A DNA stretch of 64,000 bases from Patescibacteria group bacterium (GCA_023379265.1 JAMCUI010000004.1:9273-73272), one strand, 5' to 3'; positions 43,148 through 53,304 are shown, counted from the first letter of the stretch. Notes: generated by a model from the sequence alone, not told the origin. Translations and numbers: made by a program.

Positions 43148-44878
43148 TCAATCCAAACCCTGGTAAGACCTCAAATGTCTTAGCTTTGTTTCAATCTCAG
43201 AATCATCTACCAATAATATGTGTAATAATTTTTCCGTCATGGAAATTGCAGCCTCAAATTCCGGCTGCACCACCGAATCTACTCCCAATTCTTTAAGTTT
43301 TTTCTGATCCTCATCAAAATGCGTCCGGCATATAATTTTTATACCCGGATTCAATGCCATTGCGTTTACCACTACCATCTCCTGTGTATGTCTGTCAGCA
43401 TAAGCCAGAATCAAAACCTTCGCCTCTCTGACGCTTGCAAATTCCAATACATCTATTTCAGCAGGATCGCCATATATAACGTTTACTCCCTTTTTCCTGA
43501 GAAACTTCACCAGCTTGTGGTTGTATTCAACTACAATATATGGTATCTGGGCAAGGGATAAAGCCTTACAGATATACTTACCGACTCTACCGTGACCTAA
43601 AACCACAACGTGGTTTGAGAGCGCACTAACTCTCTCAAGCGGCATACGGTCAAACTTCAAAAGAGCTTTATACATCAGTGGCATATTCGTCCTAAACCAG
43701 CTTCTGGCAACATAGTAAATTTTGTCCCCGGCATAAAGAATCGGCACTGAAATAATAAGGGATATAAAAGAAACAGATAATATAGTCATATAAGTCACTT
43801 GAGTGATAAGATGGGCCGATATACCCATAATGGCCAATACAAAGGCAAATTCCCCCACCGAAATCAGTGAAAATCCAACTAGTGTAGCGGTCTTTGTGTG
43901 ATACCCCAAAAGAAATAAAAGAACGACTGAGATGACAAACTTCAAAACTATGACAAAAACCACCAATGCTAAAATCAGAGAAAATGATGAAAGTATAAAT
44001 CCGGGATTCAACATGAAGCCTAAAGAAACAAAAAATACGGTGGCAAAAAGGTCCCGCAGCGGTCTAACCTCCGAAAATATTCCATGATGGGCTGAAGATG
44101 AGGACAAAAGTACCCCGGCCAAAAATGCGCCTATCCCATACGACAGGCCCATCATCTGGAAAAAATAAGCAAATACAAGACAGAACGATATGGCGGCCAA
44201 AAGCATCAGTTCCCTACTCCGGAAATCAGCCGCCTTTTCCAAAAGATATGGAACAATATTTTTACCCAGTAGAAGCACCAGGAAAAATGTACCACCGGCA
44301 ATAAGCATACTTTTGAAGAAAACCAGAAAAGAAGCAACGCTTACCCCTCCCCCATTCATCGCCAGTCCCAAAGAGGGTAAAAGGATTATAATTGGCAGCG
44401 TATACAGATCCTGCATGAAAAGCCACCCGGAAGCCATCTCTCCATGAAGAGTTTCTACTTCTCCCTTATCCGACAACGTCTTCAGTGCCACTGCGGTAGA
44501 CGATAGGGAAAAAACTGCGCCCAAAAAAAGTGAGGCATAAAAATTAAACCCAAATAGCGGAAAAACCATTATAGACGCCACTATTGTCAGGAGTATCTGT
44601 ATCAGTGATCCAAGGACTATTGTCAAACCCATTTCCTTTAGTTTTTCAGGAGAAAACTCCAATCCCAGAGTAAAAAGGAGCAGTATCACCCCTACCTGAG
44701 CAATGCTGTCAATCGCACCTGATTGGCTAATGTAGTGCGAGAGAAAATTTCCAATGAGTATACCGCCGAAAAGGTAACCTACAATAAGAGGCAGGCGCAT
44801 TTTTTTGGCCACGGATCCGCTCAAAAAAGCCGTCAAAAGCACAATTAGTAGATTCCTGACAAACATGAAGTTAGTCAT
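43148..44878 (-). CDS. CPA2-family cation:proton antiporter with TrkA-N domain (KefB-like)
   Basis: LLFTLGLEFS, SLSSTAV, QDL, GAFLAG, VGEFAFV; GHGRVG; YGD. Confidence 0.92.
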   Translation of the reverse strand: MTNFMFVRNLLIVLLTAFLSGSVAKKMRLPLIVGYLFGGILIGNFLSHYISQSGAIDSIAQVGVILLLFTLGLEFSPEKLKEMGLTIVLGSLIQILLTIVASIMVFPLFGFNFYASLFLGAVFSLSSTAVALKTLSDKGEVETLHGEMASGWLFMQDLYTLPIIILLPSLGLAMNGGGVSVASFLVFFKSMLIAGGTFFLVLLLGKNIVPYLLEKAADFRSRELMLLAAISFCLVFAYFFQMMGLSYGIGAFLAGVLLSSSSAHHGIFSEVRPLRDLFATVFFVSLGFMLNPGFILSSFSLILALVVFVIVLKFVISVVLLFLLGYHTKTATLVGFSLISVGEFAFVLAIMGISAHLITQVTYMTILSVSFISLIISVPILYAGDKIYYVARSWFRTNMPLMYKALLKFDRMPLERVSALSNHVVVLGHGRVGKYICKALSLAQIPYIVVEYNHKLVKFLRKKGVNVIYGDPAEIDVLEFASVREAKVLILAYADRHTQEMVVVNAMALNPGIKIICRTHFDEDQKKLKELGVDSVVQPEFEAAISMTEKLLHILLVDDSEIETKLRHLRSYQGLD

Positions 44879-45611
44879 AGTCTTTTATCTTCTCCAGGCT
44901 GGACAAAGTATCCTGTAAATCTTGTGGGAGCTCACTCTCCAAAACCAACGCTTCCTTCCTGTATGGGTGCATAAATTTTATGTATTTGGCGTGCAAAAAT
45001 AAGCGCCCACAAAACTTTTGATCTCTACGGTAAACTTTCCTTCCTGCATAAAGATTATCCCCTACTATACTATGCCCTATATATTTAAGATGAATTCTGA
45101 TTTGGTGAGTCCGGCCGGTATGCGGAAATGCAGTAAGTAATGTATATTTTTCCTGGCCCAAAGATCCGTATAAAGATTCGCATTTATATAAAGTTATCGC
45201 CTCTTTTCCACCCGGTAAAACGCCAAACTTTTCCCTGCTCCATGGCAACCTGCCTACGCTTGCTTTTATTTCCCCACTTATAGATGGCATCTGCCCATGC
45301 ACAAGAGTAAAATATCTTTTTTCTATTTCCCTCTCCTTAAATTGTGTCTGCATGAGCTTAAATGTTTCGGGGTCTTTAGCGATAATAAGTAATCCTGATG
45401 TCTCCTTGTCCAGTCTATGCACTATACCTGCTCTGGAAATAAAATCATTTGCTTCATTAACCGGAAATTGAGAATTGAGAATTGATAATTTTCTCTCCGC
45501 CCAATCCTGTATAGTTTCCCCCTTTACCGATTCAGCTCTGTTGACAACCACACCAGAAGGTTTTTCCACTACCAATAGATACCCATCCTCAAATACTATC
45601 TTTATTTCCAT
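44871..45611 (-). CDS. RluA-family pseudouridine synthase
   Basis: KPSGVVV, HRLDKETSG, TGRTHQIR, LFLHA. Confidence 0.93.
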   Translation of the reverse strand: MEIKIVFEDGYLLVVEKPSGVVVNRAESVKGETIQDWAERKLSILNSQFPVNEANDFISRAGIVHRLDKETSGLLIIAKDPETFKLMQTQFKEREIEKRYFTLVHGQMPSISGEIKASVGRLPWSREKFGVLPGGKEAITLYKCESLYGSLGQEKYTLLTAFPHTGRTHQIRIHLKYIGHSIVGDNLYAGRKVYRRDQKFCGRLFLHAKYIKFMHPYRKEALVLESELPQDLQDTLSSLEKIKDYD

Positions 45612-45808
45612 ACACTAGAACTCATTTCAAAACCCAATATAACCGGATTTGCGTCATTATCCGTTCTTAAACGGCTCAGGCTTTGCAACAGCTACTAATT
45701 TAACTATATAAGACATTGGGCTTAATTGAAAGAATTGATATTGTACGAAAAATTACGGGATTGTACTAAGTAGCATGGGAAAGTGCCGGGAGAAATTGAT
45801 TAAGGAGG

Positions 45809-46168
45809 TTATTTTTCCCTTTTTTTCTCACACTCAACACAGTAAAGAGCAGTAGGTTTAATTGCCAACCGGTCAGTATCTATCATCTTGTGGCAAGAAA
45901 GACATCTGCCATATGTGCCCCTTTTTATCCTTGCCAGCGCCTGCTCTATTTCCTCAAGATGGAGCCTGAGTTCCTTCTCTAAAGCCTCCATCCGTTCGTG
46001 AGATATTTCTTCTTTGGCATCCGTATCGGACGCCGCATTATCGTTTAGCCTGTCCGGATCCGAGAAAGGGTCCTGCGATTTCAGTGACGACATATTTGAG
46101 ACAACTTTGCTCTTTTCTTTATTCAAATGGTCAGTGATCTTTTTCAGGACGTTTAACGGAAATTTCAT
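45809..46168 (-). CDS. TraR/DksA C4-type zinc-finger protein
   Basis: ALARIKRGTYGRCLSC...RL...P..LYCVEC. Confidence 0.9.
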   Translation of the reverse strand: MKFPLNVLKKITDHLNKEKSKVVSNMSSLKSQDPFSDPDRLNDNAASDTDAKEEISHERMEALEKELRLHLEEIEQALARIKRGTYGRCLSCHKMIDTDRLAIKPTALYCVECEKKREK

Positions 46169-46208
46169 TCTTCACTCCTTATCAATTTAATTTCTTATAA
46201 TTACCTTT

Positions 46209-46976
46209 CTAACTTTTCAATTTATTTTTCTTCCCTGATGTCTTTAACTTAACAAATAATGACCAGGCGGCAATACATATTATTACAAACGCACCCAGTT
46301 GTTTGGCGCTAAATATATATAAGTATAAGGGGTGATCCTTCAAAAATTCAAGCAGGAAAATAATAACCGGTATAAAGATCGTAAAAAATAAAAAGACTAT
46401 TCCCTCGGGCCACTTCTTTCTATTTATGCGGTTATAAATATAGTAAAGCACTATTGATAAAACCAGTATAAGTAGTGCTTCGTATAATTCCACGGGATGA
46501 TGCCGGCCACTCTGACCTATAATTCTTACGCCCAAAATGAAATTGGTAGCCTTGCCAAAACCTGCTCCACCCAACTGTTCCCCTATTTTGGTAAACACCA
46601 GTGAAAAACTTGCCGCTAATGAAAAAAGGTCTGAAATATGCCCAAAATTGTATTTTTTCTGCCGGCAGTACCAGAAAAGAAATAAGAAACCACCAACCAG
46701 CCCTCCCACCAGAGAAAGTCCGGGAGTCTCACGCACCACTATATACCTTAGTATGTTCAGTCCGAAATCACCCGGATGCATAAATATGTATAAAATGCGC
46801 GCGCTGACTAATCCTGCTATGCCGGTAAGAAGAAAGGCGTCAAGATACTCCTCTTCCTTAAACTCCTCCTTTGCTTCCCTCCAGATGATAAACGTGGAAA
46901 GAAGAAAAGAGAATGCTAAAAAGAATCCGAAGGCGTATACGTTGAATGGTCCTATGGTAAAGAGAACGGGTAACAT
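46209..46976 (-). CDS. lgt: Prolipoprotein diacylglyceryl transferase-like protein
   Basis: MLPVLFTIGP, ARILY, GLSLVGG, HPVELYE; divergent RxGN motif (KIGE). Confidence 0.75.
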   Translation of the reverse strand: MLPVLFTIGPFNVYAFGFFLAFSFLLSTFIIWREAKEEFKEEEYLDAFLLTGIAGLVSARILYIFMHPGDFGLNILRYIVVRETPGLSLVGGLVGGFLFLFWYCRQKKYNFGHISDLFSLAASFSLVFTKIGEQLGGAGFGKATNFILGVRIIGQSGRHHPVELYEALLILVLSIVLYYIYNRINRKKWPEGIVFLFFTIFIPVIIFLLEFLKDHPLYLYIFSAKQLGAFVIICIAAWSLFVKLKTSGKKNKLKS

Positions 46977-47049
46977 AATATTTTTATATGGTATTATTTA
47001 ACTTTTTTATTTTCAAGTAAGCAATGACTAAAAATATATTTCTTCAATT

Positions 47050-48327
47050 TTATAATATGGTATACTGACTTCTTCTATCAAAATAATGGTAAATACCGGC
47101 AATGAGTATAATAATACCGATGATAAAAAGAGTCTTGCCTACTCCGACGATATCAGCAAGCACTCCTGAAAAGACAACCGGCAGGAACGAAACTCCTCCT
47201 GTCATTGAAGTCAAAACACCGTATACACGCCCCCTCATGGAATGATGAGTGTCTCCCTGCAGGATAGTATTAGCAGGTACATTTATAAAAGAGTTGAATA
47301 ACCCCAATATAAAAAGGAGGACAATTGCAACTGTCAGATTGGTAAAAAGTATGTGACTTCTGATAAAAAATATATATATACTTATACTCGGGGCGGCAGC
47401 TTTGGTAATAACCGATAAGAAGATAAGCGTGACGGCTGTTCCCAATATCCCTGCCAGTATGATGGAGCCCTTCAGGTATTTTTGCCCGAAACCACCCACC
47501 AGAAAAGCTCCAATAACAAGTCCTACCGCAGCAGGCCCCAATACCAGATACGAAGCTGCCGTAAGATTTATTTTTAACACCTGGTCTGCAAAACCAGGAG
47601 CAAGAACAGCCAGCGTGGCAATTAGTGCCTGGGAAAAGGTCATAAGAATAAGGCTTTGCCTTATCCTTGCATTTTCCCTGATAAAAACCAAACCGTCCCT
47701 GATAGTTCTTCCGATAAAATCCAGGTCAATTTTTTCTGAATTTTTTTTGAGAACTCTTATGGCCGGCATATGATAAACAAAAAAAGTAGCTGCCGCCATA
47801 AGGATAAGCATAAGCATATATACATCCCTATTCCCAAACATCTGTATAACGGGACCCGCTGATACAAAGCCGATTATTGTCGAGAGATAAAAACTGATGG
47901 TAAAAAGCGAATTGGCAGTCAATAACTCATCCTTATCAACCAAATGCGGTATGGAAGGAGCTTCAGCCGGAATAAAAAATTGGGTAATAATGGATATAAA
48001 AATGGTAAGAATAAAAAGAATATATATATTTTTATAAAAAAGGAAAAAAGCAAACAGCAGAAATACACGAATGAGGTTACAATAAAAAAGCACAGCTCTC
48101 TTGTCGTAAAAGTCAACCAGACCTCCGGCAATTACCCCGAAAATAAGAGAGGGAATGCCAAATGAGAGAAGCATAAGCGATACGGCGGTGTTGGAATGCG
48201 TCTCCTGATATACCCTGATAACCAAAACAAAAGAAAGCATGTTTAGGGCTATCTGTGAAGCAACCTGGCCAAACCAAAGATTCCGGAATGAATTGTTTCT
48301 TGCTACTTTAATGTAAGACTTTATCAT
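47050..48327 (-). CDS. MFS transporter
   Basis: 12-TM pattern; FRNLWFGQ, GGLVDFYDKR, FFIPAE, MRGRVYG. Confidence 0.9.
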   Translation of the reverse strand: MIKSYIKVARNNSFRNLWFGQVASQIALNMLSFVLVIRVYQETHSNTAVSLMLLSFGIPSLIFGVIAGGLVDFYDKRAVLFYCNLIRVFLLFAFFLFYKNIYILFILTIFISIITQFFIPAEAPSIPHLVDKDELLTANSLFTISFYLSTIIGFVSAGPVIQMFGNRDVYMLMLILMAAATFFVYHMPAIRVLKKNSEKIDLDFIGRTIRDGLVFIRENARIRQSLILMTFSQALIATLAVLAPGFADQVLKINLTAASYLVLGPAAVGLVIGAFLVGGFGQKYLKGSIILAGILGTAVTLIFLSVITKAAAPSISIYIFFIRSHILFTNLTVAIVLLFILGLFNSFINVPANTILQGDTHHSMRGRVYGVLTSMTGGVSFLPVVFSGVLADIVGVGKTLFIIGIIILIAGIYHYFDRRSQYTIL

Positions 48328-48371
48328 GAAGAGGAAAGAAAATCCAGAAAAAGCTACTGTACTTTTTCAAT

Positions 48372-49871
48372 TTATAATCCGGTTAGGTAGCTCAGTAATA
48401 GCCTCACTCCAAATCCAGTTCCGCCATACGGCGCTATGGGAGTATCTTTTTCTTCATAAGCCGGTCCTGCTATGTCAAGATGTACCCAGGGAGTTTTCCC
48501 TACAAATTCAGACAGGAATAACGAAGCGGTAATTGCACCGCCGTAGCGTCCGGCTTGTACATTTTTGATGTCGGCAATATGGCTTTTTAGGAGCTCCTTG
48601 TAGTCATCGGGTAAAGGCAGCCTCCAGACTCTCTCAGCTGCCGATCTAGCCGCATCCTCTATTTTTGAGAGCAGTTTATCATCATTCCCAAAAGCTCCTG
48701 CAATTTCCTGTCCCAGAGCGACCATACAAGCGCCAGTCAGTGTGGCCAGATCGATAATCTCGTCAGCCTTTTCCTTCATATTGGCAAAAGAAATGGCATC
48801 AGCCAAAGTCAACCTTCCCTCCGCATCGGTATTGAGAACCTCAATAGTTTTCCCGTTCATCGCCCGCAATATATCTCCGGGTTTGAGAGCACGGCCTGAA
48901 GGCATATTCTCACAGGCGGCAATAAGTCCCACCACCTCTACTTTCGGTCCTAATGCGGAAAGTGCGGAAAAAATACCCAGCACCGCTGCGGCTCCTGACA
49001 TATCAAGCTTCATTGTCTCCATAAATTCGGCAGGTTTGAGGGAAAGCCCCCCGGCGTCAAAAGTAATGCCTTTACCAATTATCACCACTTTTTTCTTTGC
49101 CACTGCTGAGGGCTTGTAGGACAGGTGTATGAATTTGGGCGGTTTATCGCTTCCCTCAGCCACTCCCAAAAATGACCCCATACCCAGTTTGGCAATCTCT
49201 CCTTTTTCAATAATCTTCACGCTAACTGATCCTTTTGACTTTTTGGCAATAAGAAGAGCGGTATTTGCCAAAAATTCCGGTGAGGTTAACTCGGGAGGTT
49301 CGTTCACCAGATCCCGCGCAAATATGACTGCATCTGCGGTTATCTTGCCCGGCGCTAAGCCGGATTCTCCGCCAGCCAGCTTGTTTGGCGGCAGATGGAT
49401 AACTACTTCCTCTATCGGTCTCGATTTGGATTTTTCTTCTTCTCCCTTAAACTTAAGAAATTTATAGGCTGAAAGCGATACGGCCTCAATAATTCCTTTT
49501 ACTGTCTCTCGTGCCGATAATTTGTTTATCCAAAAATCAGCTACTGAGATTGATATTTTTACAGGCTTGAGGCTCTGGGCTTTTTTTATTGCCAGGCTGA
49601 CAAACTTATTCAAGTTATAGTAGTCGACATTCTCAATCTTACCGGTCCCGACAAAAAGCACCTTGTAAGGCTCAATTTTGCCCAGTCCGGAGACTATCAG
49701 AAACTGCCCTTCCTTTCCTTCAAATATTTCTCTTTGGGCAGCGTCTTTGACAATTGATATAAATTCCTGACTAAATCCCTTCAACTTCCTTATCTCACCT
49801 TCGGAAACAAATTGTATTAATAAATCTGTGGAGAGCTTTGACGGTTCGGTAGGTTTCAATAGAAATTTCAT
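48372..49871 (-). CDS. pepA: Leucyl aminopeptidase (M17)
   Basis: GKGITFDAGG, MKLDMSGAA, NTDAEGRL, ATLTGA, HLDIAG. Confidence 0.96.
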   Translation of the reverse strand: MKFLLKPTEPSKLSTDLLIQFVSEGEIRKLKGFSQEFISIVKDAAQREIFEGKEGQFLIVSGLGKIEPYKVLFVGTGKIENVDYYNLNKFVSLAIKKAQSLKPVKISISVADFWINKLSARETVKGIIEAVSLSAYKFLKFKGEEEKSKSRPIEEVVIHLPPNKLAGGESGLAPGKITADAVIFARDLVNEPPELTSPEFLANTALLIAKKSKGSVSVKIIEKGEIAKLGMGSFLGVAEGSDKPPKFIHLSYKPSAVAKKKVVIIGKGITFDAGGLSLKPAEFMETMKLDMSGAAAVLGIFSALSALGPKVEVVGLIAACENMPSGRALKPGDILRAMNGKTIEVLNTDAEGRLTLADAISFANMKEKADEIIDLATLTGACMVALGQEIAGAFGNDDKLLSKIEDAARSAAERVWRLPLPDDYKELLKSHIADIKNVQAGRYGGAITASLFLSEFVGKTPWVHLDIAGPAYEEKDTPIAPYGGTGFGVRLLLSYLTGL

Positions 49872-50054
49872 AATTTTTAGAATAACTGAAAATTAATAAA
49901 TTGTAGGATTCTTCTGGCAGGAATCAATTATTTGACTTATACTACTTATACAAAATATAATCGGGGGAGTCAATAAAACGGGTTGTTTAGTGGTCAGTCG
50001 TTTGTAGTTGGAGTTGGTTTTTTGTTTATTCTTTGTTATTTGTTCTATGAAATA

Positions 50055-50240
50055 GCCGAGGTGGCGGAATTGGCACCCACCTAAATATGCCGCGATGGTG
50101 GAATTGGCAGACACGCAGCTCTCAAAAAGCTGTGAGCCCAAAGCTCATGTCGGTTCGACTCCGACTCGCGGCACAATTTTTGGCTGGTCAAAAACCTGTG
50201 GGCCTCAAAGCTCATGAGGGTTCGAGTCCCTCCCTCGGCA
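50055..50240 (+). pseudogene. Split relic tRNA-Leu(CAA): 5' piece 50055-50075 and 3' piece 50188-50240 flanking the intact tRNA
   Basis: GCCGAGG (50055) pairs with CCTCGGC-A (50233-50240); D-arm start TGGCGGAATTGGCA; TCAAAA loop; GAGGGTTCGAGTCCCTC T-arm. Confidence 0.85.
50089..50173 (+). tRNA. tRNA-Leu(CAA)
   Basis: Acceptor GCCGCGA/TCGCGGC-A; anticodon arm CAGCT-CTCAAAA-AGCTG; long variable arm; GTCGGTTCGACTCCGAC; CCA not encoded. Confidence 0.95.
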
Positions 50241-50305
50241 CTTCGATCCGACATAATGTCGGGCCTCAGTGTAGGCACGAATGTCACACGGTTGTCTAGC
50301 CCATC

Positions 50306-50609
50306 ATTCTATCACCTGAACTACAAAATCTATGCACTCTGTTCCGTTTCAGCTGTCTTTTCCATACTGTAGAACCTTATTCTATCACCTGAACTACAAA
50401 ATCTATGCACTCTGTTCCGTTTCAGCTGTCTTTTCCATACTGTAGAACCTTATTCTATCACCTGAACTACAAAATCTATGCGCTCTGTTCCGTTTCAGCT
50501 GTCTTTTCCATACTGTAGAACCTTATTCTATCACCTGAACTACAAAATCTATGCGCTCTGTTCCGTTTCAGCTGTCTTTTCCATACTGTAGAACCTTATT
50601 CTGTCACCT
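50306..50609. repeat. Tandem repeat, 73-bp unit x4.2, containing the dnaB 3' end
   Basis: ATTCTRTCACCT at 50306, 50379, 50452, 50525, 50598. Confidence 0.97.
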
Positions 50610-51889
50610 TTGAAAATAAGGTCTATCTCCCCCAAAGCTCCGTTTCTGTGCTTGGCGATTAGAAGCTTGACTATCTGATGATCCCATTTCTCCAACTCTT
50701 GCTCCTCACGGTATAGAAACATCACTACATCTGCATCCTGCTCTATGGCACCTGACTCACGAAGATCCGCCAACTGCGGCACCTTCGTACCTCTTGCTTC
50801 AACAGCACGTGAAAGCTGGGAAACAGCAAGTACCGGAATCTTTAATTCCCTGGCAAGATTTTTTAAGGATTGTGACACTATCGATACTTCCTGCACCCTA
50901 TTATCATACCGGCGGCCGGGGTCTACCAGCTGCAGATAGTCAACAATAAGAAGTTTCACGTTGTGACTTACCTGAAGCCGACGGGCCTTAGTCCTCATTT
51001 CAAAAAGATTTATACCCGGCGTATCATCAATAAAAATTGGCGCTTCGGATAGCTCCCCCATCGCTTCTGAAAGCCTAGTAAAATCATCATCATTTAGTCT
51101 GCCGGTTTTCAGCCTCCAGGCATCTACATCAGCCTGCGCTACAAGTAACCTATCTACTAACTCTTCCTTGCTCATCTCCAAAGAAAATATGCCGACAGCC
51201 TGCTTTTGCGCCAGCGAAACGTACTGGGCAATATTTAGGACAAAAGCTGTTTTTCCTTGTCCTGGACGGGCGGCTAGTATCACCAGGTTGGAATCCTGCA
51301 GTCCAGCCAATTTGTTGTCTAAATCGGAAAATCCTGTAGGCACGCCCCGAAGTGATGAACCTCTCTTGTGCAATTCATCCAGCCTGTCAAAGCTTTCCGC
51401 CAGCGCATCCTTCACCTGTACAAAATCCTGTCTTGATCTTTTCAGAGCAATGGACAATATGTCGCTCTCTGCTTTATCAAGAAGCATCTTTACATCCGAC
51501 TGGTCACCAAAAGCAGACTCACTTATCCTGCCTGAACTTTCGATGAGACGCCGCTTGACATAGTTATCCGTCACTATATTGCTGTATACCTCAATATTGG
51601 CAGAAGTGGGTACGACATTGGTCAGATCTGTCAGGTATGCTGTGCCTCCAACATCCTTGTATTTGCCCATTTTTTTCAGTTGTGAGGTAACAGTGACGAT
51701 ATCAACCGGCTCATGCCGCTCAAAAAGAGCCATCATCGCGGCATAAATATGATTGTGTGCATCCTTATAAAAAAATTCCGGCCTGAGGAAATCAACCACA
51801 TCTGCCAAAGCGTCTTTATCAATAAGTATGGCACCCAACACACTGGCTTCTGCCTGCTCATCATGAGGGGGTATTCTTGCTTCAGCCAT
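50549..51889 (-). CDS. dnaB: Replicative DNA helicase
   Basis: PPHDEQAEASVLG, AARPGQGKT, FSLEMS, VDYLQL, SQLSR, DLRESGAIEQDAD, KHRNG; no intein. Confidence 0.97.
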   Translation of the reverse strand: MAEARIPPHDEQAEASVLGAILIDKDALADVVDFLRPEFFYKDAHNHIYAAMMALFERHEPVDIVTVTSQLKKMGKYKDVGGTAYLTDLTNVVPTSANIEVYSNIVTDNYVKRRLIESSGRISESAFGDQSDVKMLLDKAESDILSIALKRSRQDFVQVKDALAESFDRLDELHKRGSSLRGVPTGFSDLDNKLAGLQDSNLVILAARPGQGKTAFVLNIAQYVSLAQKQAVGIFSLEMSKEELVDRLLVAQADVDAWRLKTGRLNDDDFTRLSEAMGELSEAPIFIDDTPGINLFEMRTKARRLQVSHNVKLLIVDYLQLVDPGRRYDNRVQEVSIVSQSLKNLARELKIPVLAVSQLSRAVEARGTKVPQLADLRESGAIEQDADVVMFLYREEQELEKWDHQIVKLLIAKHRNGALGEIDLIFKGDRIRFYSMEKTAETEQSA

Positions 51890-52077
51890 AGTTCAACTCC
51901 AGTGGAAATTTAACTAAAATTAAAAACTGCTCATCATGAGGGGGTATTCTTGCTTCAGCCATAGTTCAACTCCAGTGGAAATTTAACTAAAATTAAAAAC
52001 TGCTCATCATGAGGAGGTATTCTTGCTTCAGCCATAGTTCAACTCCAGTGGAAATTTAACTAAAATTAAAAACTGCT
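51854..52077. repeat. Tandem repeat, 73-bp unit x3, containing the dnaB start codon and upstream region
   Basis: CTGCT at 51854, 51927, 52000, 52073. Confidence 0.97.
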
Positions 52078-52113
52078 GTTTTGACGTTTGAGTTTTGAGA
52101 TTTGAGATTTTAA

Positions 52114-52758
52114 TTATTCCATTACCACCACTGTCATTTCTGACGGTAATTTATCTTTTGTCACCAAAAGCTTCGGCACCGGCGCCAGATTCTCCTTACC
52201 CATCTGTTTGAGAAATACATCAAGAGTCGCCACCTTGGCAAATGACTCAGCTTTATGGCTTTCAGTCCTGTAATGCATAGGTATCACTATATCAGGCTCT
52301 ACTTGGGAAACCACCTCAGAGGCAATATCGGCAGATATGGTATAATAGCCACCCACCGGAATTAAAAGCACATTTACCCCATCCAGGGCGTCAAGAGTCT
52401 TATCATCCAGCTTATGTCCCAAATCACCAAGATGCACAATATAAATGCCGTCTATCTCAATCCGATAAATTGTATTCAGTCCCCTTTCACTGCCTTTTGA
52501 TTGGTCATGGTAAGTGGAAAGCCCGAATATCTTGATCCCTTTGGACTCATATTCACCCGGGCCGGAAATAATAAGAGGATCTCCTTCTACACCCTCTCCC
52601 CAACTGTGGTCTGCATGTCCATGTGAAATTGTGACTATGTCTGCTGCCACTTTGGGAAATTTCATCCCTGTCTTTTCAGGGTTATAAGGATCAGTGACAA
52701 CTACAGCTGATCTACCGCGTAACTTAAAAGACGAATGGCCTAAATATGTAATCTCCAT
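52114..52758 (-). CDS. MBL-fold metallo-hydrolase
   Basis: YLGHSSF, TDPY, SHGHADH, HLGDLGH, PVGG, IPMHY. Confidence 0.9.
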   Translation of the reverse strand: MEITYLGHSSFKLRGRSAVVVTDPYNPEKTGMKFPKVAADIVTISHGHADHSWGEGVEGDPLIISGPGEYESKGIKIFGLSTYHDQSKGSERGLNTIYRIEIDGIYIVHLGDLGHKLDDKTLDALDGVNVLLIPVGGYYTISADIASEVVSQVEPDIVIPMHYRTESHKAESFAKVATLDVFLKQMGKENLAPVPKLLVTKDKLPSEMTVVVME

Positions 52759-52872
52759 TGTGTTTTATTGAATTAATTATTCTGAATTTGGTAAATCAAT
52801 TTTTAACACTTTTACCATATCTTGACAAGGGGTATAATTGGAAATTAAGATTGGAATATTATTCCCAAACTT

Positions 52873-53304
52873 ATGAAAAGGGACATTGTTATCGCCCTCG
52901 TAATAGGCTTTTTTATCGGATGTGCCACGGCACTCACCGCTGTCAATCTGCCCAATATCGTCAAAGGCAGACTTACATTATCATCAAATAAGTTATCGCT
53001 CGTTTCCCCAAGTCCGGCAGTAAACATAGAAAAACCAAACCAGCTGGCCATCTCAACTCCCAAAGATAAAAGCGTTTCGGATGAAAAAACAGTCAGCATT
53101 GAAGGGAAAACAAAACCCGGTTCCGTAGTGCTTATGGAAAGCAGTCTTGACAGTAAAGCTTTTGAGGCCACAGGGGATGGAAGCTTCAAAAACACCATGC
53201 CCCTTACTGACGGCGCAAACAATATTTATGTCACGTCTTATGATAAAAACGGGGAAAACGCGGCACAGGAATTAACAATTTTTTACACGAGCCAAAATTT
53301 ATGA
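52873..53304 (+). CDS. Membrane-anchored Ig-like domain hypothetical protein
   Basis: N-terminal TM; ISTPKD...IEGKT...DGSF...L.DGANNI.V pattern. Confidence 0.7.
   Translation: MKRDIVIALVIGFFIGCATALTAVNLPNIVKGRLTLSSNKLSLVSPSPAVNIEKPNQLAISTPKDKSVSDEKTVSIEGKTKPGSVVLMESSLDSKAFEATGDGSFKNTMPLTDGANNIYVTSYDKNGENAAQELTIFYTSQNL

Noticed and set aside
45612-45808. lspA remnant expected between the DksA-like and RluA genes
   Set aside because: No recognisable LspA motifs by manual reading.
48372-49871. pepA as a dedicated partner of the Xer site (as at cer/psi)
   Set aside because: It lies 10 kb away among housekeeping genes; nothing in the sequence links them, so it is kept only as a binding candidate to test.
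50055-50240. Outer tRNA as a functional intron-containing tRNA
   Set aside because: Joining the pieces leaves the 3' D-strand and 5' anticodon strand missing; no self-splicing intron features seen.
49893-50299. Short ORFs 49893-50141, 50081-50287 and 50087-50299
   Set aside because: They overlap the tRNA or heptamer tracts and have no protein-like features.
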